Source of the DNA: Phaeosaccion multiseriatum
Taxonomy: Eukaryota; Protista; Ochrophyta, other classes
Length of the DNA stretch: 64,000 bases
Direction of reading: 5' to 3'
NCBI GenBank assembly: GCA_965112735.1
Contig: OZ218962.1
Span: 1,984,001-2,048,000 of the forward strand
The notes beneath the pieces are model-generated. The model made no database searches. It was not told where the DNA came from and was given only the letters and a program-made list of their open reading frames with translations. The position numbers were made by a program, and so were the translations under genes. Below, in pieces: positions 15,301 through 28,300 of this stretch. Positions within the stretch are counted from its first letter, which is position 1. Each line of letters starts with the position of its first letter.

Positions 15301-15644
15301 GGGTGGGGCCTGACCCGGCCTCTGTGTGTCCCCGGCTTTGAGCAGAGTAGTCAAGTGGGTGCCAAGATTAGAGGTTATCTCGGTCCCGAGAAGGAGAAGG
15401 AGAGGCGGAGAGAGATGGAGGAGCTCGAGGGACAGGTGCATTCGATAAGGAAGCATCTGTGTTGGATGCATGAAGGTACGTTGGGTCGGAGTTGGTGGGG
15501 TGAGGAGGGACGGAGGGACGGACGGAGGGAGGGAGGGAGGGAGGGGGGGGAGAGAGAGAGGGAGAGGGACAGGGAGAGATGCGAGGCAAGTGGTGGTGAT
15601 GATGATGATGATGATGTGTGATGATGATGATGATGATGATGATA

Positions 15645-15689
<45 letters not shown>

Positions 15690-15691
15690 TG

Positions 15692-15765
<74 letters not shown>

Positions 15766-15791
15766 TGTGATGATGATGATGATGTGTGATG

Positions 15792-15887
<96 letters not shown>

Positions 15888-15889
15888 TG

Positions 15890-15972
<83 letters not shown>

Positions 15973-18094
15973 GTGATGGTGCTTCTGCTTTGCTTGTCCG
16001 GGTGCTTTTCTTTCCTCTCTTCCAACACACACACAACACACACATAACACACACATCACAAACACAGCGGTGATCCAAGTGCTGGTGAGCCCCCCTTCCG
16101 CCACGATGGCAGCCGATGGGGAGGGGTCACAGATGGCGATGGAGGGGTTGGACGTAGAAGAGAGGGTCGCACAAGAGGAGGTCAAGGAGATACACATGTA
16201 AGTCTTAAGGATGCACTGTGACTGCAGTGTGACTGTAGTTGGACTGCAGTGTGACTGTAGTGTGACTGTAGTTGGACTGTAGTTGGACTGTAGTTGGACT
16301 GTAGTGTGACTGTAGTGTGACTGTAGTTGGACTGTAGTTGGACTGTAGTGTGACTGTAGTTGGACTGTAGTTGGACTGTAGTGTGACTGCAGTGTGACTG
16401 TAGTTGGACTGCAGTGTGACTGTAGTGTGACTGTAGTTGGACTGTAGTTGGACTGTAGTTGGACTGTAGTTGGACTGTAGTGTGACTGTAGTTGGACTGT
16501 AGTTGGACTGTAGTGTGACTGTAGTTGGACTGTAGTTGGACTGCAGTGTGACTGTAGTGTGACTGCAGTGTGACTGTAGTTGGACTGTAGTGTGACTGCA
16601 GTGTGACTGTAGTTGGACTGCAGTGTGACTGTAGTTGGACTGCAGTGTGACTGTAGTGTGACTGTAGTTGGACTGTAGTGTGACTGTAGTTGGACTGTAG
16701 TTGGACTGTAGTGTGACTGTACTGTGACTGTAGTGCACACTTGTAGACCTCTCGACCAGTCATTCTTTGCTCAAGAGGAGGGTCGGCTTCCTACCTCGGC
16801 TCCCTGCCAGTCTGTCTCCCTCTCTCCCTCCTTGCCTCTACCTCCTTCTCTCTCTGCCTTTCTCTCTCGCTCCCTAACCCTAACCCCCCCCCTTCCCCCC
16901 TTCATTCCTATACCCCTCACCCCCCTCCCTTTCCCTCCCTCGATGGCTCCTGCAATCCAACCTCCCTCCCCTCCGTCCTCCATACGCCTCCATCCAGCCT
17001 GGAGAAGGCAGCTGACGAGGCCCTGACATCCTCCTGCAATCTCGAGGCCCTTTCTGCCTTCACAGAGGTATGTGCGTGACACCTTTCTGTTTCCTATGCT
17101 TCCCACACAGCCATCCTCTCCCCACCCCACTCCACTCCCTTCCAATCTTTACGTTGTGCGTGACCACCATCCACTATCACCATCCACCACCACCACCACC
17201 CTCTCTCTCTCTCTCTATTTCGACCCATTCATCCACACATTCAACTGGAAATTCCAACTAACCATTCAAGCTTTCCATCCACTGCCAACCCCTCCCCATC
17301 AATTGGACCCCCCCCCCCCCCACAGCGTATCTCCTGCTATGGCACTCTGTTGGAGAGGTCGCCGGAAGCCCTACACGCAGCGAGGGAGGGGCTGGCGAAG
17401 CTGCGGCACGCACGGGATAGAGGGACGCATGACAAGGCACAAGCAAGAAACGCTACCACCGCCACCACCAGCGTCGTCGCGATGGTCTCCAGGTAGAGCA
17501 GTTGGTGATATAGTAGAAGGACTTAGGTAGTAGGGCAGTCGGAATTCGCAGTTGGAATTCCTCTCTCTTTGCCTCTCCATCTCTGCCTCTCAGTTTTCTC
17601 TGTTGTTTCCCCCTCTTTCCATGGCCCGCCCTCTCTCCCTCCCTACCCTCTCTGGGTCCTCCCACTCTCCCTCTCATTCTCCCTCCATCCCTATGCACCT
17701 CTCTAAATTCCAATTCATCTCTCCCAGAGCAACTGAGGTACTAACCTTAGCTGGAGCAGACCCCTCTCTCCTTTCTGTAACCGCCCCTTCCGTGAGGAGG
17801 GCGATTGTCGCAGCTCTCACAGCTGGCGACGAGGTGACGCAGAGGCGGAGGAGGCACAGGAAGAGGAGGAGGAGGATGAGAGGGATGGCAGCCAACGGGT
17901 TTGGGGCATCCCTGCTTCTTGGCGGGGGGTCGAATGGTGCAGACAGCGACGGTACCTCCGATAACAGCAGAGCGAGCAGGAGCAGCAGCAGCAACTGGAG
18001 TAGGAGTAGCAGTAGTAGCAGTAGTGGCAGCAGCAATACTAGTAGTAGTAGCAGCAGCAGCAGCAGCAGCGGCAGCTCTAGTAGCAGCAGCGGT

Positions 18095-18132
<38 letters not shown>

Positions 18133-19261
18133 CAGTAGTGGTAGTAGTAGTAGTAGTGGGAGCAGCAGCAGCAGTGGAAGCAGCAGCGACTCTGCCAAGG
18201 ACGCCAAGGGGAGGATGTCAAAGTCCAAGAAGAAGAAGAAGAAGAAGAAGAAGAAGCGCGACCGAGTCGCAAACAAGCTTCCATGCGGACCACCCTCCGG
18301 AGAAGGAACCTCTGCGGCAGCAGCAGCGGCCTCGGCAGCGGCGACGGAGGCAGCGGAAGCAGCCGCAACAGCAGCAGCAACAGCAGCAGAAGCAGAAGCA
18401 GCAACCGCCGCGGCAGTTGGTGGTACAGCCGCAGATCGCCAACTGACGCTGCTCACACCGGAGGCCAAAGCCAGGGCCAAGGCCGCTGCCTCTTCCGATC
18501 CGTCATTGGCTGCCATCGCTGCCCAATCGGCTGCCATCGCTGGGGAAGCAGAGCAGCGAGCGGCAGTGCTTGCATTGGCGGCGGAGGCGATGGCCGTCGA
18601 AAAAGATGGGAAGGCGGGCGTGCAGGTCCTCCTCGGAAACCTGTTCGACGCCCTGGCCCCTCGGGTCCCGCCGGGGATGCGCTGGCTAGTGCTCATGTCC
18701 ACCCTCTTCACTGCCTCGTCGCCTTTGGCTTCCCCTTCCCCTCCTCCATGTGTTGCTGCTGCTTCGCCTTGTGGTGCCTCGGCTTTGTCTGTACCAACGG
18801 AGAGCGGTGGTGGGGCGGTTAGCGATACACTGCTTCCGCCGCTGTTGGCGGTCGTTAAGCGAGTCACGACGACGGAGGACACCGTGAAGGAGGAGGAGGA
18901 GGAAGGGAAGGAGGAGCAGCAGGAGCAGAAGCAGGAGCAGCAGGAGGAGCAGCAGCAGTTGGTGATACAGCCGGACCCCCTCCAGAAGCACCAGGCCCTG
19001 TGGACGGTTTTCCTCACTCTAGTGGGGCACGCACAGGGCAGCGTGACGCTTGCCCAGCGATGGGCCGCCGAGCCTGGCGACGCCCCGGATCACCACCACC
19101 ACCATCACCATCACCACCGACACCATCATCACCGACACCATCATCACCGGACCCTGCCGGATTCGGAGTCTCGCAAGGCAGCAGAAGTTGGTGATGCATC
19201 AGCAGCAGCAGCAGCAGCAGCAGAAGCAGCAGCAGAAGCAGCAGCAGAAGCAGCAGGAGGA

Positions 19262-19306
<45 letters not shown>

Positions 19307-22300
19307 GCAGGAGGAGGAGGAGGCGGAGGAGGAAAAGTGGAGTCGACTAAAAGCCCGTCGAGCTCGAGCTTGGAGGTCGAGAGTGTCGAGCAGGTCGAGA
19401 AGAAAGTCGAGATGGTCGAGAAGAATGTCGAGATAGTCGACAAGAAGCAAGCGGACCTCGATATTCTCAAGGAGACGGAGGAGCAGCCTGCGTCCTTGGC
19501 GATCGACAAGGGCTGGAGGTGAGTTTGGGTTTGGGTTTGAGTTTGAAATCAAGTTTGCCTTTGCGCTTTCGTTTGACTGAGTGATGACTGTTTGTTTGGT
19601 TGTTTTGGGAACGCGCTGTGTGATATAGAGAGGGAGACACAGGTAGGGTGGCGGTGGTAGACAGAGAGAGAGAAGGAGAGGGAGGGAGGGAGGGAGGGAC
19701 AGAGAGAAAAGAGAGAGACGAGAGAGAGAGAGGGAGAGGAAAAGAGGGAGAGAGGAGCCGAGAGCGAGAGAGAGGGACAGAGAGAGAGCTGCTGTCTGTT
19801 GTTGTTTGCCTTGCGTCCCTTTGGTGCAATGAGCGTTACTTTGTCTATGAGCGTTACTGTGTCTATGAGCGTTACTTTGTCTGTAAGCGTTGCCTTGCCT
19901 ATGAGCGTTACGTTGTCTATGAGGGTTACTTTGTCTATGAGCGTTACTTTGTCTATAAGCCTTTCCTTTTCTATAAGCTATACCTTGTCTATGAGGGTTA
20001 CGTTGTCTATGAGCGTTACTTTGTCTTTGAGCGTTACTTTTCTCCGGAATGAGATTGTCTTGCTCCTTTTCTTCCTGTCCGATCCCATTCTTGCAAACGG
20101 AGGACACGCGATATTGCCTACGAAACTAAAACCCGAATACTCACTCTTGGCGACGCTAGCGAAGGAATGTTGAATGTTGAATGTTGCAAGTATATGCTGT
20201 TCGATCATAATGCTTGCTGTATCACATATCACCAACCCCCATACCACAACCCAACAGGATCCTGGATGTGGTACAAAAGTTTAGAATGGCGCAGAGTCGG
20301 GAGGCGAGTCGACGAAGCATCCGAGAGATTGTGCTGAAACGCCGCACCCCCAAGAGGAGGAGGAAGGAGGGCAAACCAGACAGGCAGAGAAAGAGATCTG
20401 CATCCGCCAGGAGCAAGAGTGCTGGAGGGGAGAGGGGGGAGGAGAAGAAGGAGGAGAACCAGAAGAAAGAGGAGAAGAGGGAGAAGGAGGAGGGAAAAAG
20501 CGAGGATGAGGAGGAGGAGGAGGAGAAGGAGGAAAGCGACGGCGATCCCTTTGATATCGACGATGAGGGTTCGGCGCTCAGACAGGGGGGTATGGGCGTT
20601 GGTGATGGCGTCGGTGGTGACGGCGTCGCCAGCGAAGCAAAGCAACGCGATGGCGTAGGCTCGGGGCAGGGACAGGAGAAGGGGAAGGAGGGCAGGAGTG
20701 GTCGTGATGATGCGATCGGTGGAGCAGTAGCTACAGATGGCGGCAGTGAAGACAAAGGTGATGAAGACGATAACGAAGCAGCGGAGGACCAAGAGCCGTA
20801 TCGCGGCTTGCAGCAGGTAGGGAGGGAAGGAGAGGGGGGCGACCGTATCACCAACTGTTGCGTTGGATGTATTTTCTCATTCCAGCGCTACCTCATGTGC
20901 TCTTCGCCCGCCGTCGCTTACCCTCGCACCCACACACCCCCGCACCCACACACCCCCGCACCCCCCCATCCACATCCGCCTCCACCTACCCATCCTCCTC
21001 CTATTGTGACACACACACACAGCCGCACTTCTGGGACCTATCTCGCTCGAGAGCAGGCTTCGCTTCCGCGTCCTTCCTCCCTGCACCCGTCTCCCCTCTT
21101 GCGCCCACCCCGCCCTCCTCGAAGGCGACACCGCTCGTAAAGCGGTTTGCGGCGGCAGTAGGAGCAGCGGGTGTAAAGCGGTTGGCGGCAGCAGCAGCAA
21201 CAGCAACGGCAGGAACGGCAGGAGGAGGAGGAGGAGGAGGAGGAGGAGGAGGAGGAGGAGGAGGAGGAGGAGGAGAAGGAGGAGGAGGAGGAGAAGCAGT
21301 TGGTGGCACAACAGCACAAGTTGGTAATACAAGAGCAGCAGCGGGAAGAGAGCGAACGGAGCCCCCTTCCCAGGGAGGAGACTCGTCGGTCCACTCGCCT
21401 GTACCACCAACGCTTGTAGCAACACCTGCTCCTCCTGCTCCTGTTGCTCCTCCTGGATCACCCACTGCTCTTGCTCCTCGCTCCTCTCTCTCGGAGTCTC
21501 CCATGGGCCTTCGAGTGGCTGACACGTGGAGGGAGGTGCGAGTTGCTCGCTCCAAGCTCAGCCCTGGGCAAAGGGTGGCGGCGGATATATTCTGCACCAC
21601 ACAGGTCTGTGTATCACCAACGTGTGTGTGTGTTTGTGAGTGTGTGCGTGTGTGCGTGTGTGTGTGTGTGTGCGTGTGTGTGCGTGTGCGTGCGCGCGTT
21701 TGCGTGTGTGTATGTCTGCGTGTGCGTGTGTGTATGTCCGTGTGTATGTGTGTGCATGTGCTCAGACCCGACCACATCGGACCGGGAATTTGGGCAAACC
21801 AGGCATATGGGCCAAACCATGACGTGATATCGGTCGGTCTCTGTACATTGCGTAATTCCCCTCCCTCCCCTCCCTCCCTCCCTCTCTCCCTCTCTCCCTC
21901 TCTCCCTCCCTCCCTCCCTCCCTCCCTCCCTCCCTTCCTTCCTCCCTCCCTCCCTCCCTCCCTCCCTCCCTCCCTCCCTCCCTCCCTCCCTCCCTCCCTC
22001 CCTCCCTCCTCCCGTCCACTGCCATCCCCCCTGGCAGTTGGTCTCTCGCCTCGTCTTGCTTGAGGCAGGGGTCCCCTCTGTCTTTAGAGGAATCACTGTG
22101 CACACGCTGTGTAATGCGATGACGTGGGCAGAGTGGCTGTCCGAAGGTAAGTGTGTGTGTATGTGTGTGTTTGTGCATAGGTGGGTGGGTATAGTCGTGT
22201 ACAGGTGTACAGGTGTTTTTGTGTGTGTGTGGGGGGGGGGGTTTGGGTGCGGGTGTGTGTGTATGTGTATGTGTATGTGTGTGTGTGAGTGTGTGTGTGA

Positions 22301-25300
22301 TTGTGTGTGTGTGTGTGAGAGAGAGTGTGTGTGTGTATGTGTGTGAGTGTGTGTGTGCGTGTGAGTGTGCGTGTATGTGAATGGGTGCGGGTGGTTGTCC
22401 GTTTCTCTGCACCTCGCCGCTTCTCCACCCCCCCCCCCTCTCATCCAGTGCCATCCCCTCTCTCTTGTTCTCTTCCTCCTCTCAACCCCATGGCCGGCCC
22501 TTATCGCATGCATCTTATGTATGCCTGTACGTACTTACGTAACGTACAGTGGAAGCCGCCCTGTCTTCCTCCGCCTACACCTGTCCTTCAAACAATCCGC
22601 GTCGCCGCCGCCGCCGGAGCAGCAGCAGCGGCAACAAGAACAAGAACCGCAACAGCAACAGCAACAGCAACCGCGACAGCAGCGGGAGCATCGGTGGTAG
22701 TGGTAGCTTGTTCTCACACTCGACCTTTGCCCTCTCCGGGTCCGCGGCGATTCTGAAACGGCTTCTACGCGCCCCTCCTCCCCTCTACAACCCAAATGCT
22801 CTACTAGATAGAGCTTTGGGGGCGACGAGGGGCAGTCATAATCACATTCGTGCCGGAAAGAGAAGAGGAGGCTCTGAGTCAGATGGTGAAGGCGGAGCGA
22901 TCAATACCAGAGGGAGGAAGAAGGGAGATACTGGTGGCGGTGACGGCCGCGGCGGCGGCAGCGGCAGCACCAGTGGAGGGAGGAAGGGGGAGGGCAGCAG
23001 CAGCAGCAGCCGTAGTCCCGTGAGGAAGGGGGATCCCCTTTCCCTTGGGGCACGGGGTGGTGCTACCCCCTCCGCCTCCTCTTCTGGCGACGACGATGAC
23101 AAAGATGACGACGACGGTGCGAGCCGTAGCACCAACGCTAGTACGAGGAGGATGAGTAGGGAGGTAGGGGGAGGAGGCGGGGAGGGTCTGGTGCTAAAGA
23201 GCAATCGCCTCCGCATGGAGAGGAGAAGCTCACTCACCCCTCCCGCTCAGGATGCCGAAGCAGCCGCAACAGCAACCGAAAAGGCAACTGCTGCTTCTTC
23301 TGCTTCTTCTTCTTCTTCTTCTTCTTCTTCTTCTTCTTCTCGAAGCAAAGGCGGCGTCCCAGAGGGCGAAGTCGATGGGGGTGGGGGGGAGGTGACCGCA
23401 CTCAAGCGATCGAAAAGCATGTCTGCCACCCTTGAGCTCGGCGAGGGCGCGGCGCTGCGCGACAGAGGAGAGAGGGGAGAGGAGGGGAGGGGGCTGCTGC
23501 AGCAGCGCTCTCGGGCTCAGTCTGTGGCCAGCAGCGCTCCTGCTACGGGACCCGGGCGGGTATGGAGGCCTTTGGCAGTCAAGCGACCCCCCGGGGCACA
23601 CGATTTGGGCGAGCTGGAAGGCAAGATTGCCATTCCCAAGGTCACCGTGGAGGAGGGAAAGGTGAGTGAGCATGTGTGTACATGTATAGTATGTATATAT
23701 ATATATATATATATATGTATAAAAAAAGAACAACAAAAAAAAGGGAGGACTGTTTATCCATCACTGCTTCTTCCTGTCTCCTGTCCACCTCTGCTTCATC
23801 TCTCTCATACACACACACTCACTCACGCACATGCACACGCACGCACATGCACACGCACGCACCCGTACACCCAGTCTCTCTCTCTCTCTCACACACACAC
23901 ACACTCCCTCTCCCTCTTTGTCGACAGCCTTCGTCTCACACTCTCCGCCTTTCTCACAAGCACACCCCCCCCCCCCTCCTCCTCATCCATCGCCTCCCCT
24001 CCCCTCTCTGTATCACCAACAGGTGATTATTGAAAACGTGCAAGACAAGCCCTACAATAAGCTCGGAGGATCCTCCAAGGGGCGCCGAGTCATGTTCAAG
24101 GAAGAAGAAGGGGAGAACGAGGCAAACCCGGGGGGGATCAAGCCCCCGGGGGGGGCGGCGGGCAAGACCCCTGCGCAGCGAGCAGCGCTTATAGGGGCGG
24201 CTACGGCAGCTGCTGCTGCTTCTGCTACTGCGGTGGCTGCGGTTGGTACTCCAGCCATGGCAATGCCATCTGCATCTGCGACGGTCGGTGCCGAAGATGA
24301 CAGTGGAGGGGAGGAGAGTGATCCCGCAGGGGGCAAACGACTGGCGAAGGGCTTGGTGAGTGGTGGGCTGTCGAGGTGGTGGAGGAGTGGAGGAGGGGGT
24401 TGAGGAGGAGGAAGAGGAGGAGGAGGAGGAGGAGGAGGAGGAGGAGGAGGAGGAGGAGGAGGAGGAGGAGGAGGAGGAGGAGGAGGAGGAGGAGGAGGAG
24501 GAGGAGGAGGAGGAGGAGGAGGAGGAGGAGGAGGAGGAGGAGGAGGAGGAGGAGGAGGAGGAGGAGGAGGAGGAGGAGGAGGAGGAGGAGGAGGAGGAGG
24601 AGGACGAGGAGGAAGAGGAGGAGGAGCAGGAGGAGGAGTAGGAGGAGGAGGAGGAGGAGGAGGAGGAGGAGGAGGAGGAGGAGGAGGAGGAGGAGGAGCA
24701 GGAGGAGGAGTAGGAGGATAGAGGAGAAAATGAAACGCTTCACTTTGGTGGGCGAGCGGGGGGACTGGCGATGATCGATTGTGAACAACCGCTCGCTCGT
24801 GTTTGTGGGTATGCATGTGCTATAACGAATTTTCGCTTCCCATCCCCCCACCCCCCCCCTCCTCCTCCCCCTCCTCCTCCTCCTCCTCCTCCTCCTCCTC
24901 CTCCTCCTCCTCCTCCTCCTCCTCCTCCTCCTCCTCCTCCTCCTCCTCCTCCTCCTCCTCCTCCTCCTCCCCCTCCTCCTCCTCCACCACCATCACCTCT
25001 TCCTCCTCCTCCTCCTCCTCCTCCTCCTCCTCCTCCTCCCCCTCCTTCTCCTCCTCCTCCTCCTCCACCATCTCCTCCTCCTCTTTCACCTCCTCCACCT
25101 CGCCCTCCTGTACCACCAACTGCTGTTGCTACGCCATCGCAGAGTGGTTTCGCTCGGCTTCGTGCAGTAATGGCGATGCGAACCAAAGCAGTCCAGAAGG
25201 TAAGGACGGCAGTGGACGGTCGTCGCCGTGGATGTGTGCGTGAGATGGGTGTGGGTGGGTGCGTGACGTCATTTCAGCTCTTCTTATCCCGTTCGCTCTC

Positions 25301-28300
25301 CTTCCTTCTTTCATGCTCCCTGACTCCCCCTCCGTCCACTGCCATCCATTCCTCTCTCCCCTCCTTGTGCACCGCCACACTCCCTCAAACACGCACACGC
25401 GGCGCCCAAACGGTCACACACGCACGCACACGCACAAACCCATACCCACACTCAAACACGCACACTTAATCACACGCACACGTACACGCACACGCACACA
25501 CACACGCCCCCGCACACACACACACACATACACACATACACACACACACAGACGGAGGCGTCCAAGGAGCAACAGGAGAGGCGTAAGCACCACCGCAAGA
25601 AGCGAGGCATCCTTGTGGGACATCTTTTTTTAGCCGCCAGAACGAGTGGTGCTGGAGGTGCGAATCGCGGAGACGCGGCTGCAGCTGCTCTTGCGGCGTT
25701 TGGTGGAGTTCGAAGTGGAGGAGGGGGGGGTGGTGAAGGTGGTGATGGTACCGCAGGCGGTGGTACAACACTGACGGGTCCAGGTGCAGGTGTTCGGCAG
25801 AGTAGTGGGTGGCTGAAGAGGAAGAAGGCGAGAGCGACGGGGTTCCAGCCCTCGGCGGCTGATTTGGGCCCCTGGGCAGGGGAAGGAGGAATGGACTTTT
25901 TCTCAGTGCTGCTTCTCCTTCTCGCGATGGACAGTCAGACATGCCCGCAGCAGCAGACGGAGGGTCAGCAAGGCTTCTGGCCTTCGTCTTTGGCTTCATC
26001 CTCTTCCTCCTCTTCGTCAGCTTCTTCTGCTGCTGCTGCTGCCGGTGGTAGTCCTTCCGCCGACGATACTGCAGGAGGAGGAGGAGGAGGAGGAGGAGGA
26101 GGAGGAGGAGGAGGAGGAGGAGGAGGGGGGGGGGACGCTCCACCCCCACCCGCAACGGGGGGATTGGCTTCTGCGACGCCATACTCGCTCCCAGCGCTTG
26201 CCTGCTTGGCCCTGGTAGAAGGCGACGCTCTTCCCCTCTCCGTTGCGAGCCTATCTCGCCGCTTGCTCCGCTCTCTCTACAGCGGTGCTCTACTCACGCC
26301 CGACCTCGGCGAGAGACTTCGTGACAGTTCCAGTGCGCATGAGCCGTTGATGGTATTGCTACCACCTTCACCTTCATCTTCCTCACCTCCACTGCCACCA
26401 ACAGCTGGCGGCAGCGGAGGAGGAGGAGGAGGAGGAGGAGGAGGAGGAGGAGGAGGAGGAGGAGGAGGAGGAGGAGGAGGAGGAGGAGGAGGCGGGGGAG
26501 ATGGGAATGCCCATGCACTGCTCCTCCAGAGAGAGCAAAGCACCTTTCCCCCTGACCATGTGATGACTGCCCATACTTTCAACCCCTTGGCGGACATTGA
26601 GCGAGCGGCAGCGGAGGCCAGAGTCTCCAGGATCACCATCATTTGTGCGAGCAAGCCCTCGAAGCTACGCGTGTCAAGGAGCTCGTTGGTTTCCGCGCTA
26701 GGGGGGGGCGAGGGAGGAGGAGGAGGAGGGGGGTTTCAAGCCATGTCACAAATGGCAATGGGGTTCGGAGTTGGTTCTTCGCTTGGGAAGCGAAGAGGGG
26801 ATCCGGACAAGCGTACTAGAAAGACTCCTAGGGGGTCCCGGGAAGTGCCGGGAGGAGGAGGAGGAGGAGGAGGAGGAGGAGGAGGAGGAGGAGGAGGAGG
26901 AGGAGGAGGAGGAGGAGGAGGAGGAGGAGGAGGAGGAGGAGGAGGAGGAGGAGGAGGAGGAGGAGGAGGAGGAGGAGGAGGAGGAGGAGGGGAAGGAGGG
27001 GGTGGAGGAGAAGAAGAAGATGGAGGAGGAGGAGGAGGAGGAGGAGGAGGAGGAGGAGGAGGAGGAGGAGGAGGAGGAGGAGGAGGAGGAGGAGGAGGTG
27101 GTGGTGGAGGAGGAGGAGGAGGAGGAGGAGGAGGAGGAGGAGGAGGAGGAGGAGGAGGAGGAGGAGGAGGAGGAGGAGAAGGAGAAGGAGGAGGAGGAGG
27201 AGGAGCAGGAGCAGGAGGAGGAGAAGGAGGAGAAGGAGGAGGAGGAGGAGGAGGAGGAGGAGGAGGAGGAGGAGGAGGAGGAGGAGGAGGAGGAGGAGGA
27301 GGAGGAGGAGGAGGAGGATGGCGAGAGAGCCACGGGAAGGGTGAGTGGGGGGGGGGGGGGGGGACAGTAAGAGGCGGGCGAACGGCCGCCACTACGGCCG
27401 CCGCCGCCCCATTCCAAGTAGAGGCCCCGGAGGTGACTGTGCATATGAATATGGGCAAGACGGCTTGGGAGCTCACCAGGAACGCCATGTTAATGGGTGA
27501 GTGGTTAGTGCTGGAGAAGTTTGAGGAACTATCGGACATGTTGCCGCTAGTGCTCGAGGCGTGTCGCCGCCGGCCATTGAGGCTACAGCCGGGGGTGGGG
27601 GGAGGAGGAGGAGGAGGAGGAGGGAGAGGAGGGGGGGGGGGAGGAAGGGGGGGAGGTGAAGCAGGGAGGGGAGGAGGAGGACGAGGAGGGGGTGCAGGAC
27701 GAGGAGGACAAGGGGGAGGGGGAGGAGGAAGAGCAGGAGGAGGAGGAGTCAGCAGCACGGCTACCACCACGGCGACGAGGAAGGCGTCCGGGAGGGGCGA
27801 GACTGCAGCTGCCGTAACCACGGTAGCAGCAGCAGCAGCAGCCACAGGAGGAGAAGGGCCAGGAGCAGCAGCAGCAACAACAACAACAGCTGGAGGGGGG
27901 GGGACAGCAGGAGCAGCAGCAGCAGGAGCAGCAGCAGCAGGAGCAGCAGCAGTTGGTGATACAGCAGCAGGTGAAGAGGCTGAGACAGGGGCAGGGACAG
28001 CAGGAGCAAAGGCAGGCGCAAAGGCAGGAGGAGCGAAGGGTGGGTCCGGGGCTGCACTTAAAATCAAGTTTGGTAGCAAAGCTTCCAAACGAAGGAGCGC
28101 AGAGGGAGGCCAAGGCAGTGGTGGCGATGGAAAGATTGAAGGCAGGGGCGGAGGCGGCGGAGGGCGAGGAGGGGGGCGACTTGCGGGTATGGGCAAGACG
28201 GAATCACCGCTCGAAAGGCGCCTCTGTGGGGAGGGGGGGGCACTCATGCAACGGACGCTGGATGTGGCTGTGCTCGCGTCCAAGCAGCCGCTACCCGCAC

